A stretch of 64,000 bases of DNA from positions 832,001 to 896,000 of the forward strand of contig CAWGMQ010000010.1 in assembly GCA_963823665.1 (NCBI GenBank), read 5' to 3'. Shown here piece by piece: positions 17,221 through 28,426 of this stretch. The stretch comes from an uncultured Planctomycetota bacterium (GTDB taxonomy: Bacteria; Planctomycetota; Planctomycetia; Isosphaerales; Isosphaeraceae). The stretch's first letter is position 1, and the number at the start of each line of letters is the position of its first letter. The position numbers and the translations under genes are program-made. The notes beneath the pieces were generated by a model that worked only from the letters and a program-made list of their open reading frames with translations, ran no database searches and was not told the origin of the DNA.

Positions 17221-20200
17221 TCAAGGTGCAGGCTGTGCAGCGCCGGGCAGCTTGCCCAGCGCCTTGAAATCGTCTCTTTCGCGAAGAAGATCAAGATCTT
17301 TGCTGTCGAGCGTGGCCTTCGACTGGATCACCTTGGCCTGGATTCCATTGCGAAGGATTTCCACAGCCCGAGCGAGGGCCGCCTCAGCCTGTTTTCGGCC
17401 GCCATCGGAGCCGTTGGCCGCACGTGCAGCCGCGATCAGAATAGCGGCCGCGTGAACGTAGGCGTTTGGATTCTGGGGCATGAGCGCGGGGAGTTGCTCG
17501 CCGGTGGCCATCGCCTCCGGCACGCGGCCTGCGCGGATCAGGGCCTGGCCCAGCAGCACCTGATTATCGAGCACGTATCCCTGGGTAAGCGCCGAGCCAG
17601 GCCTGGCGTTCAGGGCCTTGATGAGAGCACCTCCCGCCTTTTCAGCCTCGAGAACCGTCTGGGCCGGCTTTGATGCCACAAGAATCAAGCCGAGCTGGTA
17701 ATGGCCACGGCCGACGGCGACCTGGTACTCCCAGACACCGGGGTATTCGGTGAGGAGGATCGACTGCTCTTCCAGGGCTTTCCGGACCGCGCCTTCGGCT
17801 TCAGTTGGCGAGGTTGCGGCAAGCGCCTGGCCAAGAGCGAGCTGCGATACCGCCAGTTTCATGCGGTAGGCGGGCGATGCCGGAAACCGACGCTTGAGGT
17901 CTTCGAGAAGTCGCACCGATTCCTTGTAGGAAGCAACCGCCTGCTCGGGATGCTTCGTTTTCGCTGCGAGGTAGCCGAGGTTGTACTCGACCGAGGCGAG
18001 CTCGAGCGGATATTGCGGGACCAGAGGAAACTCGCTCGCGAGCTTGCGGAGCAGCGTCTGCGCGCGGCTGAGATGGGTTGCCGCCTCCTCATTCCGCCCG
18101 TTGAGAAGTAGCGAGCCGAGACTGTTGTAGATACGAGAGGCTTGCCACCTTGGGCCAGGAAGCGGATCCGGACGTTCGACCGCCGGTTTCACCAGTTCGA
18201 GCGTCGCGCGCAGCGTTGCTTCCGATTCCGACGAGCTGCCCATCGCTCGTTGCAGGATCGCGAGGTTGTTCCGATATCGAACCAATTTGGTCAGGTAATC
18301 GGGGCGATCGCCAAACTGCTTCACGAGTAACCCTTGAGCAGAAGCTGCTATCATATACTCGCGATAAGCCTCGAGATCTTGACCGCCGCGGCGGCCAAGG
18401 AGCGTCGCCAACTGATATCGGCTGTCCGCCAGGGCTTGCTTGTCATCGGCTGTTGCATCCGGCAGCCTGAGGACATCTACCCGTAGCTTCATCGCCTCAC
18501 GAAGCTCGGCTTCGCTTTCATCAAAGCGATTGGCGTCCTTGAGCAGCACGCCCAGCCCCTGCAGGTCGCGAGCAAGGTCACGGCGGATTCCCGCGTTCGA
18601 CACGTCCTGCTTTGCAAGTCTCTCGAGCTCTTGACCGGCGGCACGATACGAGGCTTCGGCCTTGACTGAATCTCCCTGGAGCGCCTCAATATCACCCAGA
18701 CGAACCTGGGCCCGGACGGCCCCCCAGCGAATCAGGGGATCGTCTGCCCCCTCGACCATGAATTGCTCGTAGCCGGCGCGCGCCTTCTCGAGCAGCCGTT
18801 GCCGCACCGCCTCCATTTGAGGGATATCAGCCAGATCGACATCGGCGACCTCTCCCAGCAATCCGTCGGCTGCATCCTGGGCAAGGCGTAAGTTCTGCAA
18901 GGCACGGGCGGCATTGTTTCTGGCGATCTTCCGGAGGGAATCGGTGAGCACCAAACCCACGGACAGGGCGATCACTGCGGTCGCGACGAGGGCCGCGGCG
19001 CTTGTCGCCAGCGTGCGGTGGCGCCGGCCCCAGCGCAAGACGCGAACGGCCACTGGATCGCGATGGACCGAGACCGGCTCATCCACGATCCATCGGCGCA
19101 CGTCCTCGGCAAGATCGTCCGCACGGAGGTAACGATTTCCGGGTTCAAGTGCCATCGCCTTGCAGCAAACGGCCTCGAGAGCTCGCGGAACGGTCGGGTC
19201 GATCTCACGCGGCTTGGGCAAGCTGCCCGCCTGGATCTTGCTGAAGACGTCGATCACCGACGTACCCGTCACCGGGGGTTGGCCGGTCAGGATCTCGAAG
19301 AGAATCGCGCCCAGGCCGTAAACGTCGGTCCGCGTACCGATCAAGTCGTTGTTGGCGGCGGCCTGTTCGGGCGCCATGTAGATGGGCGTGCCGACCTGTC
19401 CGACCGTCTGACTGGTCTCGGCCTCGGCGGAAAGCGAGATCCGCGGCTCTCGCGGATCGGTTCCCGTCGGATCGGTCTGGCCCACCACCTTGGCCAAACC
19501 CCAGTCGAGCACGACCACTTCGCCAAAGGCGCCCAGCACCACGTTTTCGGGCTTGAGATCGCGATGGATGACCCAGCGCGAGTGGGCATATGCGACCGCC
19601 TCACAGACCTTGACGAACGGTTCCAGCAACTGGCGCTGGAGCTCGAGACGATGAGCGGGCTTGCCGCCGCGGCGACGATGGAATTCGGCAATCGCAATGC
19701 GCAAGGTCTGCCCACGCAGAAAACGCATCGTGTAGAACGGTTGATCGTCTTCCTTTCGTCGCGACAGCTCGTAGACCGGCACGATGTTGGGATGCTCGAG
19801 CTGGCCGGTGATCTGCGCTTCCTTCAAGAACCTCTGCCAGGCGTCGGAATCGGAGCCCGTCGACGATTTGATCTCCTTGAGCGCGACATCGCGGTTGAGA
19901 TCGGTATCGTGGGCGATCCAGATCGTGCCCAGGCCCCCTTCCGCATGCAATCGCGTGATTGTATATCGCAGCGAGTCGCGCTGGTGCGGCGGGGGCACGA
20001 ACGTCTCCACCAAGACGTGCCCGCGGGCCGGCGGCAGCGCATGGAGCGATTGGCGAACCTCCGGACTCTTGATAGCTTGCAGGACTTCACGCGCTTCGAT
20101 CGGGGCCACCGCTCCCAAGGTGGCACGCGCGTCGCCGTGGTTTTTCTTGAGTTTGCGCTCGAGTTTCCGCTCGACGTCGCTCCGGTCCGTGTCGGTGATC

Positions 20201-20355
20201 CACTTCCGTTCGACCAGGAGATCAGCCAGCGGCCGCTCGAGCCGCACGGCCCAGCCTGCACAGACGTCGGCGAACTGCGTCTGGTCGATCAAGTCATCTT
20301 GAAGCGCGATCACGGCAAAGAGCAGGTTCCGATCGACGTTCACGTTCGACGACAT
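17221..20355 (-). CDS. Ser/Thr protein kinase with TM helix and TPR repeats
   Basis: HAEGGLG, VALK, HRDLKPEN, DWGLAK, GTPIYMAPE, DVYGLG; TM segment then helical repeats. Confidence 0.92.
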   Translation of the reverse strand: MSSNVNVDRNLLFAVIALQDDLIDQTQFADVCAGWAVRLERPLADLLVERKWITDTDRSDVERKLERKLKKNHGDARATLGAVAPIEAREVLQAIKSPEVRQSLHALPPARGHVLVETFVPPPHQRDSLRYTITRLHAEGGLGTIWIAHDTDLNRDVALKEIKSSTGSDSDAWQRFLKEAQITGQLEHPNIVPVYELSRRKEDDQPFYTMRFLRGQTLRIAIAEFHRRRGGKPAHRLELQRQLLEPFVKVCEAVAYAHSRWVIHRDLKPENVVLGAFGEVVVLDWGLAKVVGQTDPTGTDPREPRISLSAEAETSQTVGQVGTPIYMAPEQAAANNDLIGTRTDVYGLGAILFEILTGQPPVTGTSVIDVFSKIQAGSLPKPREIDPTVPRALEAVCCKAMALEPGNRYLRADDLAEDVRRWIVDEPVSVHRDPVAVRVLRWGRRHRTLATSAAALVATAVIALSVGLVLTDSLRKIARNNAARALQNLRLAQDAADGLLGEVADVDLADIPQMEAVRQRLLEKARAGYEQFMVEGADDPLIRWGAVRAQVRLGDIEALQGDSVKAEASYRAAGQELERLAKQDVSNAGIRRDLARDLQGLGVLLKDANRFDESEAELREAMKLRVDVLRLPDATADDKQALADSRYQLATLLGRRGGQDLEAYREYMIAASAQGLLVKQFGDRPDYLTKLVRYRNNLAILQRAMGSSSESEATLRATLELVKPAVERPDPLPGPRWQASRIYNSLGSLLLNGRNEEAATHLSRAQTLLRKLASEFPLVPQYPLELASVEYNLGYLAAKTKHPEQAVASYKESVRLLEDLKRRFPASPAYRMKLAVSQLALGQALAATSPTEAEGAVRKALEEQSILLTEYPGVWEYQVAVGRGHYQLGLILVASKPAQTVLEAEKAGGALIKALNARPGSALTQGYVLDNQVLLGQALIRAGRVPEAMATGEQLPALMPQNPNAYVHAAAILIAAARAANGSDGGRKQAEAALARAVEILRNGIQAKVIQSKATLDSKDLDLLRERDDFKALGKLPGAAQPAP

Positions 20356-20519
20356 GGCACCGACCTCTGCAGACCGACCATTCGAATGGGAAGAAGACCC
20401 GCCCGTCCTTTATACTTACGGCAGCCATCAGGGCAAAGTGGCGGGTCTGCGCCGGTGGCAAGAAGGTTCGCGTTCACGTGAACAGTCCAGCTTGCGACGA
20501 TCTTCGGCCGGCCGCAACG

Positions 20520-20666
20520 ATGTCTGGTATCGAAGAGCGGAGCGGCAGCTACCGCATTCACTTCCGCTACCAGGGCGAGCCGCACATTTTCACCCGTGGC
20601 AAAGTCTCCGAAGACGAAGCCGGGTCCGAATCCGACAAGCTCGGAGGTTCCTGCCTTCGGTTGTGA
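20520..20666 (+). pseudogene. Possible N-terminal remnant of a phage-type integrase
   Basis: MSGIEERSGSYRIHFRYQGEPHIFTRGKVSEDEA resembles integrase arm-binding N-termini; no catalytic domain follows. Confidence 0.35.
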
Positions 20667-20809
20667 AATCAGCCTACTGGAGGCTGCGGAGTGCGTGCCG
20701 GGAGCGCGGGCTAACCGCCTCGCCGGTTGCTACTGCCCATTTCAAGCCGATACGGGTCATCACGATTCCCAGATCGGGGCGATCTCGTGCGCTCTGGAAC
20801 CGCTCGGTC

Positions 20810-23690
20810 TCAGTCCCGCCAGCGATACAGGATGGTGTCCCCTCCGACGATGACTACCACGTAACGCCCGTCGGGCGAGATGCCAAGCATGCTTACGTCC
20901 TTGTCGAACGGCTTCGAATAAACGACCGAGCCGGTGGTGACGCTCCAGACGCGAAGGGTGTTTTCGGCGCTGACCGACGCGACTTGGAGTCCGCTCGGGA
21001 AGAAGGCCGCATCGAGGACATTGGTGCCCGGTCCCTTGAACGTCCGGATCAATTTGCCGTTCTTCGCGCTCGCCAGATAGAATTCCTGGAAGGGGTGTTG
21101 GGGCAGGCAGAGCAACTGTTGGCCGCTGGGGGAAAAGCTCACCCGGGCGACACGCTCCGTGAGGGCGTGGAAGTAGACGTGGGAGGCGCCGGTCAGGGCG
21201 TCCCAGACCCGAATGACGTTGTCCTCGTGAAGAGAGACGATCCGCTTACCCTCGGGGTGCACGTCCAGGCTCTTGACCGCAGACGGCGGATTGTACCGCT
21301 TGCGTTCCTTGCCCGACTCGTAGTCCCAGATGCGGACCTGAGTATCGCGGTGGACTTCATCGAGCATAGTGGCGCCGACGACCCAGTCTCCCTGCTTGCA
21401 GTAGCGGAGCTTGCCGAAGTTCGCGCCGAGGGGCAATGGCTCGAAGTTCCGGACCGCTTTCCCATCAGACTTATCCCAAACTCGGACCATCTGATCGAGG
21501 TGGGAGGTGACGACGTTCCCATCCGGCCCCACGATGACCGAGGTGATCGCGCCGTTGACGCCGATCACGGGCCTCGGTTCGATCCGTCGGAACAACACCT
21601 TCCCTGTATCCAGCTTGATGTAGTCGTAATAAGAGTACCCGTTGCCTATCTGAACGAGTTCGGCGACCTGTTTCGAATCCGGCGAGAAAGCGAGAAGGAG
21701 AACTCCTCCGTACTGAGAAGTCGGCAACCGGACGATCTCCTCCATGTGCGCTCTGGCCGGTGGCGCCTCCGTTGCTCTCACCTCTTTAGGAGTCAACACC
21801 GCGGTTCCCTGCGCCTGTCCATCTTTTGTCTCCCTGGGAGACGCTTCAACGGCGTTCGAGGACGCCCTCCCCGCCTCCGGCACGGCGGGAGGCTTGGTAG
21901 GCTCATCGCGCCGCTCGGCTACGGCCGTCCCTGTCCCGGCGGAAGTCTCGGCGGCCGGTGGTAGCTGCGACGTCTTCCCCGGCTCCGGCGCGGCGGGGGG
22001 TTCGAGTCGAACCATGAGCTTGAGCGGTTTGCCCGATTCAACGGTCACGCTCTCCCCCAAGAACACGTCATTGCCCCGTTTGACGGCCACCTCATGCTTG
22101 CCGGCCGGGGCTTCGATCTTGATGGGTTTGCCCACCGCGGGGGTAACCGTGATCCGTTCACCGTCGACCTCCACAAGGGCGTCCTCCGGCACGTTTTCCA
22201 GCACAATCACCCCGTCCTTGGTCTTAACCTTGAAGACCCCGGCCGCCCAAGCGACGACGAGCCCCATGAGCAAGACCCCGGCGGCCGCAGCCGGCCACAT
22301 CCACCGCGACCTTTGACGCTGCGGCGCCGCGATGGCCGGCGCTGCAACATCGGAGGGTTCCGTCTCCTTGAGCTCAACCAGGCTCTCCCGCGCGGCCTGC
22401 GGACTGGCCTTCTCCTGAAGTGTCTTGCCCGGAGGCACAGGGACCGGCGTTCTGCTCGTCACGTGCTGCGGCGATACGGAACCCGCGCCGGCCGTTGCCT
22501 GCTTCGTATCGGCTCGCCCCGCCTGGGAGAACTCCGGCTTCGATCCCGTGGACGCGACGTTCCCCTTCTTGAAGAAAGGCGTCAGCGCCTGCGCCACCTC
22601 ACCGGGGGTCTGGAACCGCCGGCCCGGCTCCTTCGCCATCATCTTGGCCACCACGGCGGCCAGCTCGACCGGCACCTCGGGGCGGACGAGGTTAAGCGGA
22701 CCCGCGTCCATCGAGAAGTGGGCCTGGTAAAGATCCCAGAGGTGATCCCCGCGGAACGGCGGCCCGCCGGTCAGGAGGTAATAGAAAGTACAGCCGAGGC
22801 TGTAGATGTCGGCCCGAATGTCGGCCGACTGGGCGTCGCGGATCTGCTCGGGGGCGATAAAGTCGGGAGTGCCCAGCATCTGGCCCTCGCGGGTCAGGCC
22901 GCTGTCGGCCTGGCCTTCGCTGGTCACCTTGGCCAGGCCGAAGTCGAGGACCTTGACGACCCCCCTCTTGCCCTCCGTCGCGAAGATCAGGTTGGCCGGC
23001 TTGATGTCGCGGTGGACCATGCCCCGCTCGTGGGCGTGCTGCAAGCCCAGTGCCGCCTGGTGGATGAAGTAGCAGGCGTGGACGACCGGGAGCGGGCCGC
23101 GGGACTTCACCATCTTCGCCAGGTCTTCCCCGTCGATGTACTCCATGGCAAGGACGATGCTCTCACCGAGCCTCGTGGCCGAGTACGCCGTGACGATATT
23201 CCTGTGTTGCAGTTTGGCGGCGGACTGGACCTCACGGAGAAACCGGTCGCGCACGCCGGGCCGCTCGACCAACTGCCCGCCGACGACCTTGAGCACTTCC
23301 AGTCGCCCCATGAGCTTGTTCCGTGCCAGGTAGACCACACCCATGCCGCCGCGCCCCAGCTCGCGGACGATCTCGTAGTCGGCGTGGTCGACCAGCTCGG
23401 GAGGAAGTGTGTCGACCGGTGGCGGCCCAGCGACAGGGACTCCGGGTGCCTTCAGTAGACGATACACCGAATCGCGGCGAACCGGCGGCCGACTTGTCCG
23501 ACGTGACCTGGGCGTTCTGCAGCCGTCCCAGGAATTCGTCGGACGATAGCACGGCAACCCGGCGCTGGCAGGAATCGCAATCCTCCAGGTGTTTGCTGAC
23601 CGTTTCAGCCGAGGCATCGTCGAGCTTGCCCAGGCCGTAGGCACTCAAGGTCTGGTCGCTCGGGTGGACGGCGGCGGTTGTGACGCCCAT
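20810..23690 (-). CDS. Ser/Thr protein kinase with N-terminal anti-sigma-type zinc finger, TM helix, PEGA-like domain and WD40 repeats; frameshift ~23440
   Basis: HP..HLEDCDSC in frame 23232..23690. Kinase motifs LGRGGMG, HRDIKPAN, DFGLAK, GTPDFIAPE and WD repeats in frame 20810..23644. Confidence 0.88.
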
Positions 23691-23948
23691 GGTCGCGTAC
23701 CCCTCGTCGAGGTCGAAAAAACGGTTGTTGGGTCAAGCACTGATAGAGAAAGGCCGCATTCTCCGCATGATATGCCGGGAAAAAACAAAAGAACAAAAAA
23801 AGTCCGAAGTTGAATCATAACTCGTCTCCTTCAGCACGCCTACACCGCCCAGAACGCTCTGAGCCGCGCCGATGACCCCGAACCGAAGACCGAGAAGATC
23901 CGCTTCTAGCTGACGGTAACCAAGGCTTGGCTGCGCTTGGCTGCGGGC

Positions 23949-24671
23949 TTACTCGAAATCCGACGCGTTCAACTGAGATTCTTTTATTCCTGCACGAGTT
24001 GCCATGTCTTTCAAGATTTCGTTCTTTGTCGTGCTGCCGAAACCCACCGACAGCCCTTTGAGCGTCTTGCTCTTCAGCAGGCCGGCGTAGTGCGTGGGAT
24101 CCATTTTGACTGCGGAGTGATTGACCAATTCCTCGAGTGCCGGGGCTTGCTCGAGCGGACGAATGTCAGTGAGCCCCTTCATGTCTTCGAGACAGACTCG
24201 CCGTAACGCTCGAAGCCGGGACAGATCCGGGAGAGCCTGGATGCGTGCCAATGATCGCAGGGCCAGAAATTCCAGCCCGGTCAACGTCGAAATCACGGAG
24301 ATGTCGGTCAGGCTCCGCACCTGGCAGAGACCGAGTCGCTGGATTCGAACCATTCCTGCCAATGCAGGCAGGTTGTTGGTTCCTCCGAGCATGAAGTCCA
24401 ATGACGAAAGATGGCTCAGCTCCGTGATGAAGTCGACGCCTTTGACGCTGATGCCGCGCAGCATCTAGAAGCCGGAGATGCGCAGCTCGACGTCGTGGCG
24501 CAGCGAGAAAAGCGATTCGTCAAGCAGGCTCCAAGTTTCGGTGTCGACCCGCGATGACGTTTGAAGGATCTCGAGCGTCGGGTCGGAGGCGAGCGATTCG
24601 ACTTCTTCATCAGTGAGTGAATCGCTGAAATTCACACGGCCGCGTGACAGGTTGTTCTTTTCGATGGGCAT
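23949..24671 (-). pseudogene. Leucine-rich-repeat protein interrupted by an in-frame TAG (24465-24467)
   Basis: Two abutting same-frame ORFs (68 + 171 aa); the second has LxxLxxLxL repeats. Confidence 0.6.
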
Positions 24672-24730
24672 GTGTGGGAGTCGCGATCAATTGGACTCGG
24701 CTTCTGAGAAGTTACAGGGGCTCGAAGCCC

Positions 24731-26161
24731 CTGGCGATTGACCTGCGCCCCGTTGAGGCGGCACATGGCCGGGCGTGGCCGACAGGAGCGTCGGCCCTAC
24801 GGCGCCTGCGGCCGGTTGGGGCGAGGAGCGGCGAGTGTGGCGACAGGCGTCTCGGCCGGGCAGCGTCCGCGCGCGCGCGCATACAGGAAGAATTTCTTTC
24901 CCTACCCGATCCGATCGTTGGAACCCGGAATCTTTCTGGAATTTTCCCGGTCGACCCCCGCCACGAATCCGCAAGGTCATCGCATATTGTAATTGTACAT
25001 GAGGGCGTCTCCCGCGTGGGTCGTTTTGCAACGGGCCGGAAGGGAACGTAGAGCGGTGCCCTCATGATGTCGCGCGTGTGCGGGCCTGGGAAAGGAAATG
25101 GAGCGGCCAAGGCGTTGGTACGCCCTGGTCCCGCGCAATTGACGCAAAGCCCTGACGCGGGCTGAGTTCCGCGATAGGAATGAGACTTTTCTTGGCGAAT
25201 TCGTCTCATTTCGTCTCATTTTTTGGGGAAAGCCGGTGGAGATGATGGCGGTCGGCGGACGTCGGTCCTTGGAGCATCTCGTCTCAGCCCGAGCGGACCG
25301 GTATTCTCAGTCGATAAGGACGAATTCCACATCCATTGCGCGGACGGATCGGGGCACTGCCGAGAGCGGGCAATTTACAGTAGTGGACGGATGCTTGAAG
25401 CCCCTCGGAATATTGCCACTTTTTGCCATTTTTCAACGGGTGCGGCGATTGCTCCGGGCAGATTCGCTGTTCTGTAAGTTCAATGCATATAGTTGAATAG
25501 GAGCACGGCGATGCGTTTTTCGGCGGCGGCACGAGCTCGTGGCATATGCCACGCAAAATTGCCACGGCGAATCGAAGGCGTTGTTCACTATATTTTCGGT
25601 CCCTTTTTTCACGGCACTGGGAGGCAGATTCGCGGCGCCTGGGGTGCGCGATCTTCGGTGGGCGCAAGCCCCCCCATTCGCCGCCTGCGGCGGCACCGTC
25701 CCACAAGTGGGGATGAATCCCTTCGCGGAACGAAGTGCGACAATGGGGCGGAAGGGACCGAGCGGGTTTGACGAAACCCGTGCTCGCTGAGGGAAAATGG
25801 GGGAGGCTGGCAAAAGTGCCGTCAGGCGTAAGCCTCATCAGCGAAAAGAGATGTGTCGATTGGCAATTTATGGCCAAAAGGTGCCGTCAGACGTAAGTCC
25901 AATCCCAATAAGGTGCTGACGGCATGACGGCACTTTCGGGGGGGCGCATTCGGGTTGCACGCCCCGCGTGGTGGGCCGGGTCTCAGGCGACACGGGAACT
26001 GATGGCGGCGGGAAGTTCGGGTGCGCGGTCTTCGGCGCACGCGACGCCATCCGGCGCCTGCGGCGGCAGCGCCCCCCCACTCGAGGGAGGAATGCCCGTG
26101 GAGGGTTTCAATCCCTTAACCCTTATGGGGAAAGGACGCGCGTCGAAAATACAAAACGAAC
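24731..26161 (+). repeat. Large non-coding dispersed element, copy 1 (homologous to 57787-58879 on the minus strand)
   Basis: Several collinear conserved blocks, e.g. GATCGTTGGAACCCGGAA, GCCGAGAGCGGGCAATTTACAGTAGTG, GGAATATTGCCACTTTTTGCCATTTTTC, GTGCCGTCAGACGTAAGTCCAATCCCA, GGGGAAAGGACGCGCGTCGAA. Confidence 0.9.
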
Positions 26162-26376
26162 ATCTGATGCGCGGTAGCGGAAGGGCGGAGGGGCTCAGCG
26201 CTGGGCGGAGGGTGGAGGAGGGGCCGCGGGAGGGGGACACGCGGATGTCGTCGCCGAGCGCGCCTCGGAGCGGCAAGTGGGACGTTCCGAGGCGGAGCAT
26301 CGAAACGAGGCCGGGGCTGCGGGGGACGATGCGAGAGGGTCACAGCTTCCGAGCGCCGGAGCGAGCGACAGGCTGA

Positions 26377-26679
26377 TCACCACGGTATCGGTGCCGGCTC
26401 GGCAGTTTCCGGGCAGCTTGCGAAGCAGGTTTGGTGGACCCACACGCCGATGCCGACGCGAAGGCCGCTCGACCAGGTTGGGTGGAGACTCGCCGGGAGT
26501 CGATCGCCGGCAGACGTTGTCTTGCCGCAGATCGGGCAAAGATCCGACTCGCGCCACGTTCGATTGAAATACTGAGGAGGGTCTTCGGAGATCGTGAATG
26601 CGACGGGATCTCCGTAGACGCTCAGGGAAGAATCGAGAATGGCGATTCTGGGCGGCGACGAGAGGCGGCGGTGCGGCAT
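26377..26679 (-). CDS. Small hypothetical protein with possible Zn-binding motif
   Basis: CPICG...WVHQTCF..C at the C-terminus; start uncertain. Confidence 0.35.
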   Translation of the reverse strand: MPHRRLSSPPRIAILDSSLSVYGDPVAFTISEDPPQYFNRTWRESDLCPICGKTTSAGDRLPASLHPTWSSGLRVGIGVWVHQTCFASCPETAEPAPIPW

Positions 26680-26800
26680 CGCTTTCCAGGCGCGATCCCA
26701 TTCAGTGCGGTCGTCGGGGTTGAGCGAGTCTCTCGTGTGGATTGGGCATGATTCGCGTTCGCCGCGTGCGTTCTTGGGAATTCGGGACCGGCAAGCAGCG

Positions 26801-26830
26801 CGGACGGCACACGGAGTGTGCCTGCTACAG
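26801..26830 (-). repeat. GTAG-type REP palindrome
   Basis: CTGTAGCAGGCACACTCCGTGTGCCGTCCG on the minus strand; near-identical copy at 55245-55274 (+). Confidence 0.8.
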
Positions 26831-27027
26831 CGGAGCAGTCGCCGAACCAGTGGCACATAGACTGTTTTAGCAGATAACCGATTTCGGATGCGATTCTGGC
26901 ATGCGGGAATTCTGGATTGGGGCGGCATCCTGAGGGACGCGTAGACGCTCGTTCCTCCTTCGTCGACAATTGGCGCGAGAGATTCATTGAGGGCGAATTT
27001 GGGCGGCATGGCCGCGGTACACGGGAT

Positions 27028-28011
27028 ATGACCACGATCGTCACAGGCAGCGCCGGCCACCTTGGTGAGGCCCTGATGCGCACTTTTCGCGCGGCGGGAG
27101 GCACTGTTCGTGGAATCGATTTGCTGGCCTCGCCATTCACGGATGCTGTCGGGTCGATCTGCGATCGAAGCTTCGTCAAAAGCGCGATTCGGGGAGCGGA
27201 AGTTATCGTGCATGCGGCCACGTTGCACAAGCCGCACATCGTCACGCATACCGCTCAGGAGTTTGTTGATACGAACATCACGGGGACGCTCAATTTGCTC
27301 GAGGAGGCTGTCTCTGCCGGAGTGCGAGTTTTTGTGTTCACCAGTACGACCAGCGCCTTCGGCTCAGCACTCGAGCCCGCCGCCGGTCAGCCGGCGGCGT
27401 GGGTGACCGAGGATGTTGTTCCGATCCCCAAGAACATTTACGGTGTGACCAAGATCGCAGCCGAGAACCTGTGTGAGATGTTCTACCGAAAGTACGGACT
27501 TTCCTCGATCGTGCTGCGGACGTCGCGGTTCTTTCCGGAAGCGGATGACAACTCTGCGATCAGGGAACACTACGCGCAAGATAACGTCCAGGCCAACGAG
27601 ATGCTCTATCGGCGGGTCGACATCGAGGATGTGGTCAGTGCGCATGTTCTGGCGATCGAAAAGGCCGCGGTGATCGGCTTCGGGCGCTATATCATCTCGG
27701 CGACCACGCCGTTTGGGATGAACGATCTGGTCGAACTTCGGGGGGAAGCAGGGGATGTCGTGCGGCGAATATTCCCGGACTGCGAGGCGGCGTATTCGGC
27801 GCGGCGATGGAAGCTGTTTCCGAGTATCGACCGGGTCTACGTCAATCAACTGGCGAGGACGGAGCTTGGATGGCAGCCGAAGTATGACTTTCAGCACGTG
27901 CTAGGGTGTGCGGCATCGCGTGAGGATTTTCGGAGTCCGCTGGCACGCCTGGTGGGCAGCAAGGGGTATCACGCGACCGTGTTTGCAGAAGGCCCGTATC
28001 CGGTGGGGTAG
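27028..28011 (+). CDS. NAD-dependent epimerase/dehydratase (extended SDR)
   Basis: TGSAGHLG, HAATLH, YGVTK (YxxxK). Confidence 0.9.
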   Translation: MTTIVTGSAGHLGEALMRTFRAAGGTVRGIDLLASPFTDAVGSICDRSFVKSAIRGAEVIVHAATLHKPHIVTHTAQEFVDTNITGTLNLLEEAVSAGVRVFVFTSTTSAFGSALEPAAGQPAAWVTEDVVPIPKNIYGVTKIAAENLCEMFYRKYGLSSIVLRTSRFFPEADDNSAIREHYAQDNVQANEMLYRRVDIEDVVSAHVLAIEKAAVIGFGRYIISATTPFGMNDLVELRGEAGDVVRRIFPDCEAAYSARRWKLFPSIDRVYVNQLARTELGWQPKYDFQHVLGCAASREDFRSPLARLVGSKGYHATVFAEGPYPVG

Positions 28012-28106
28012 GGTTGGAGGGACGGAGCTGGATGCTGCGGTTGTTCGGGTTGTGATCGCGCTTGAGCTGGCATTTGAGCGTTGATCTGCGGTCGGCTCCT
28101 CGCGGG

Positions 28107-28133
28107 ATGACGCAGATGACGCAGATGACGCAG
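28107..28133 (+). repeat. (ATGACGCAG) x3 tandem repeat
   Basis: Three exact 9-bp copies in intergenic DNA. Confidence 0.85.
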
Positions 28134-28426
28134 GTCAGCATCTCTTATGCGCGTGTGCGAGGGGCAGGCCGACGCGGTGGCGGCGCTCCACTGAGACAGT
28201 CGTGCGCGAAAATGTCCGCGGTGATCGACCGTCCGGGGGTTCTGCGCATCGAGGATGAACTCGGTCCACTAGATACGCGAGCCGCCCATGGGGCTGGACC
28301 GGACGGGGCTCGGCTGGGAGAATGATCGATCGATGGCGACAAGGCTCACAGAGCCTGTTCCGTGGACGTCTCGAATCAGGGATTTGGTGATCTTGATCGC
28401 CGGCGCAAGCGGCGGGAGATGATCTG

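Noticed and set aside
24465..24467. Recoded stop in the LRR gene, given the tRNA-Sec
   Set aside because: The codon is TAG, not TGA, and no pyrrolysine genes are seen; decay is simpler.
24731..26161. Insertion sequence or coding region in the large repeat
   Set aside because: Short ORFs differ between the two copies, and I found no transposase motifs or terminal inverted repeats.
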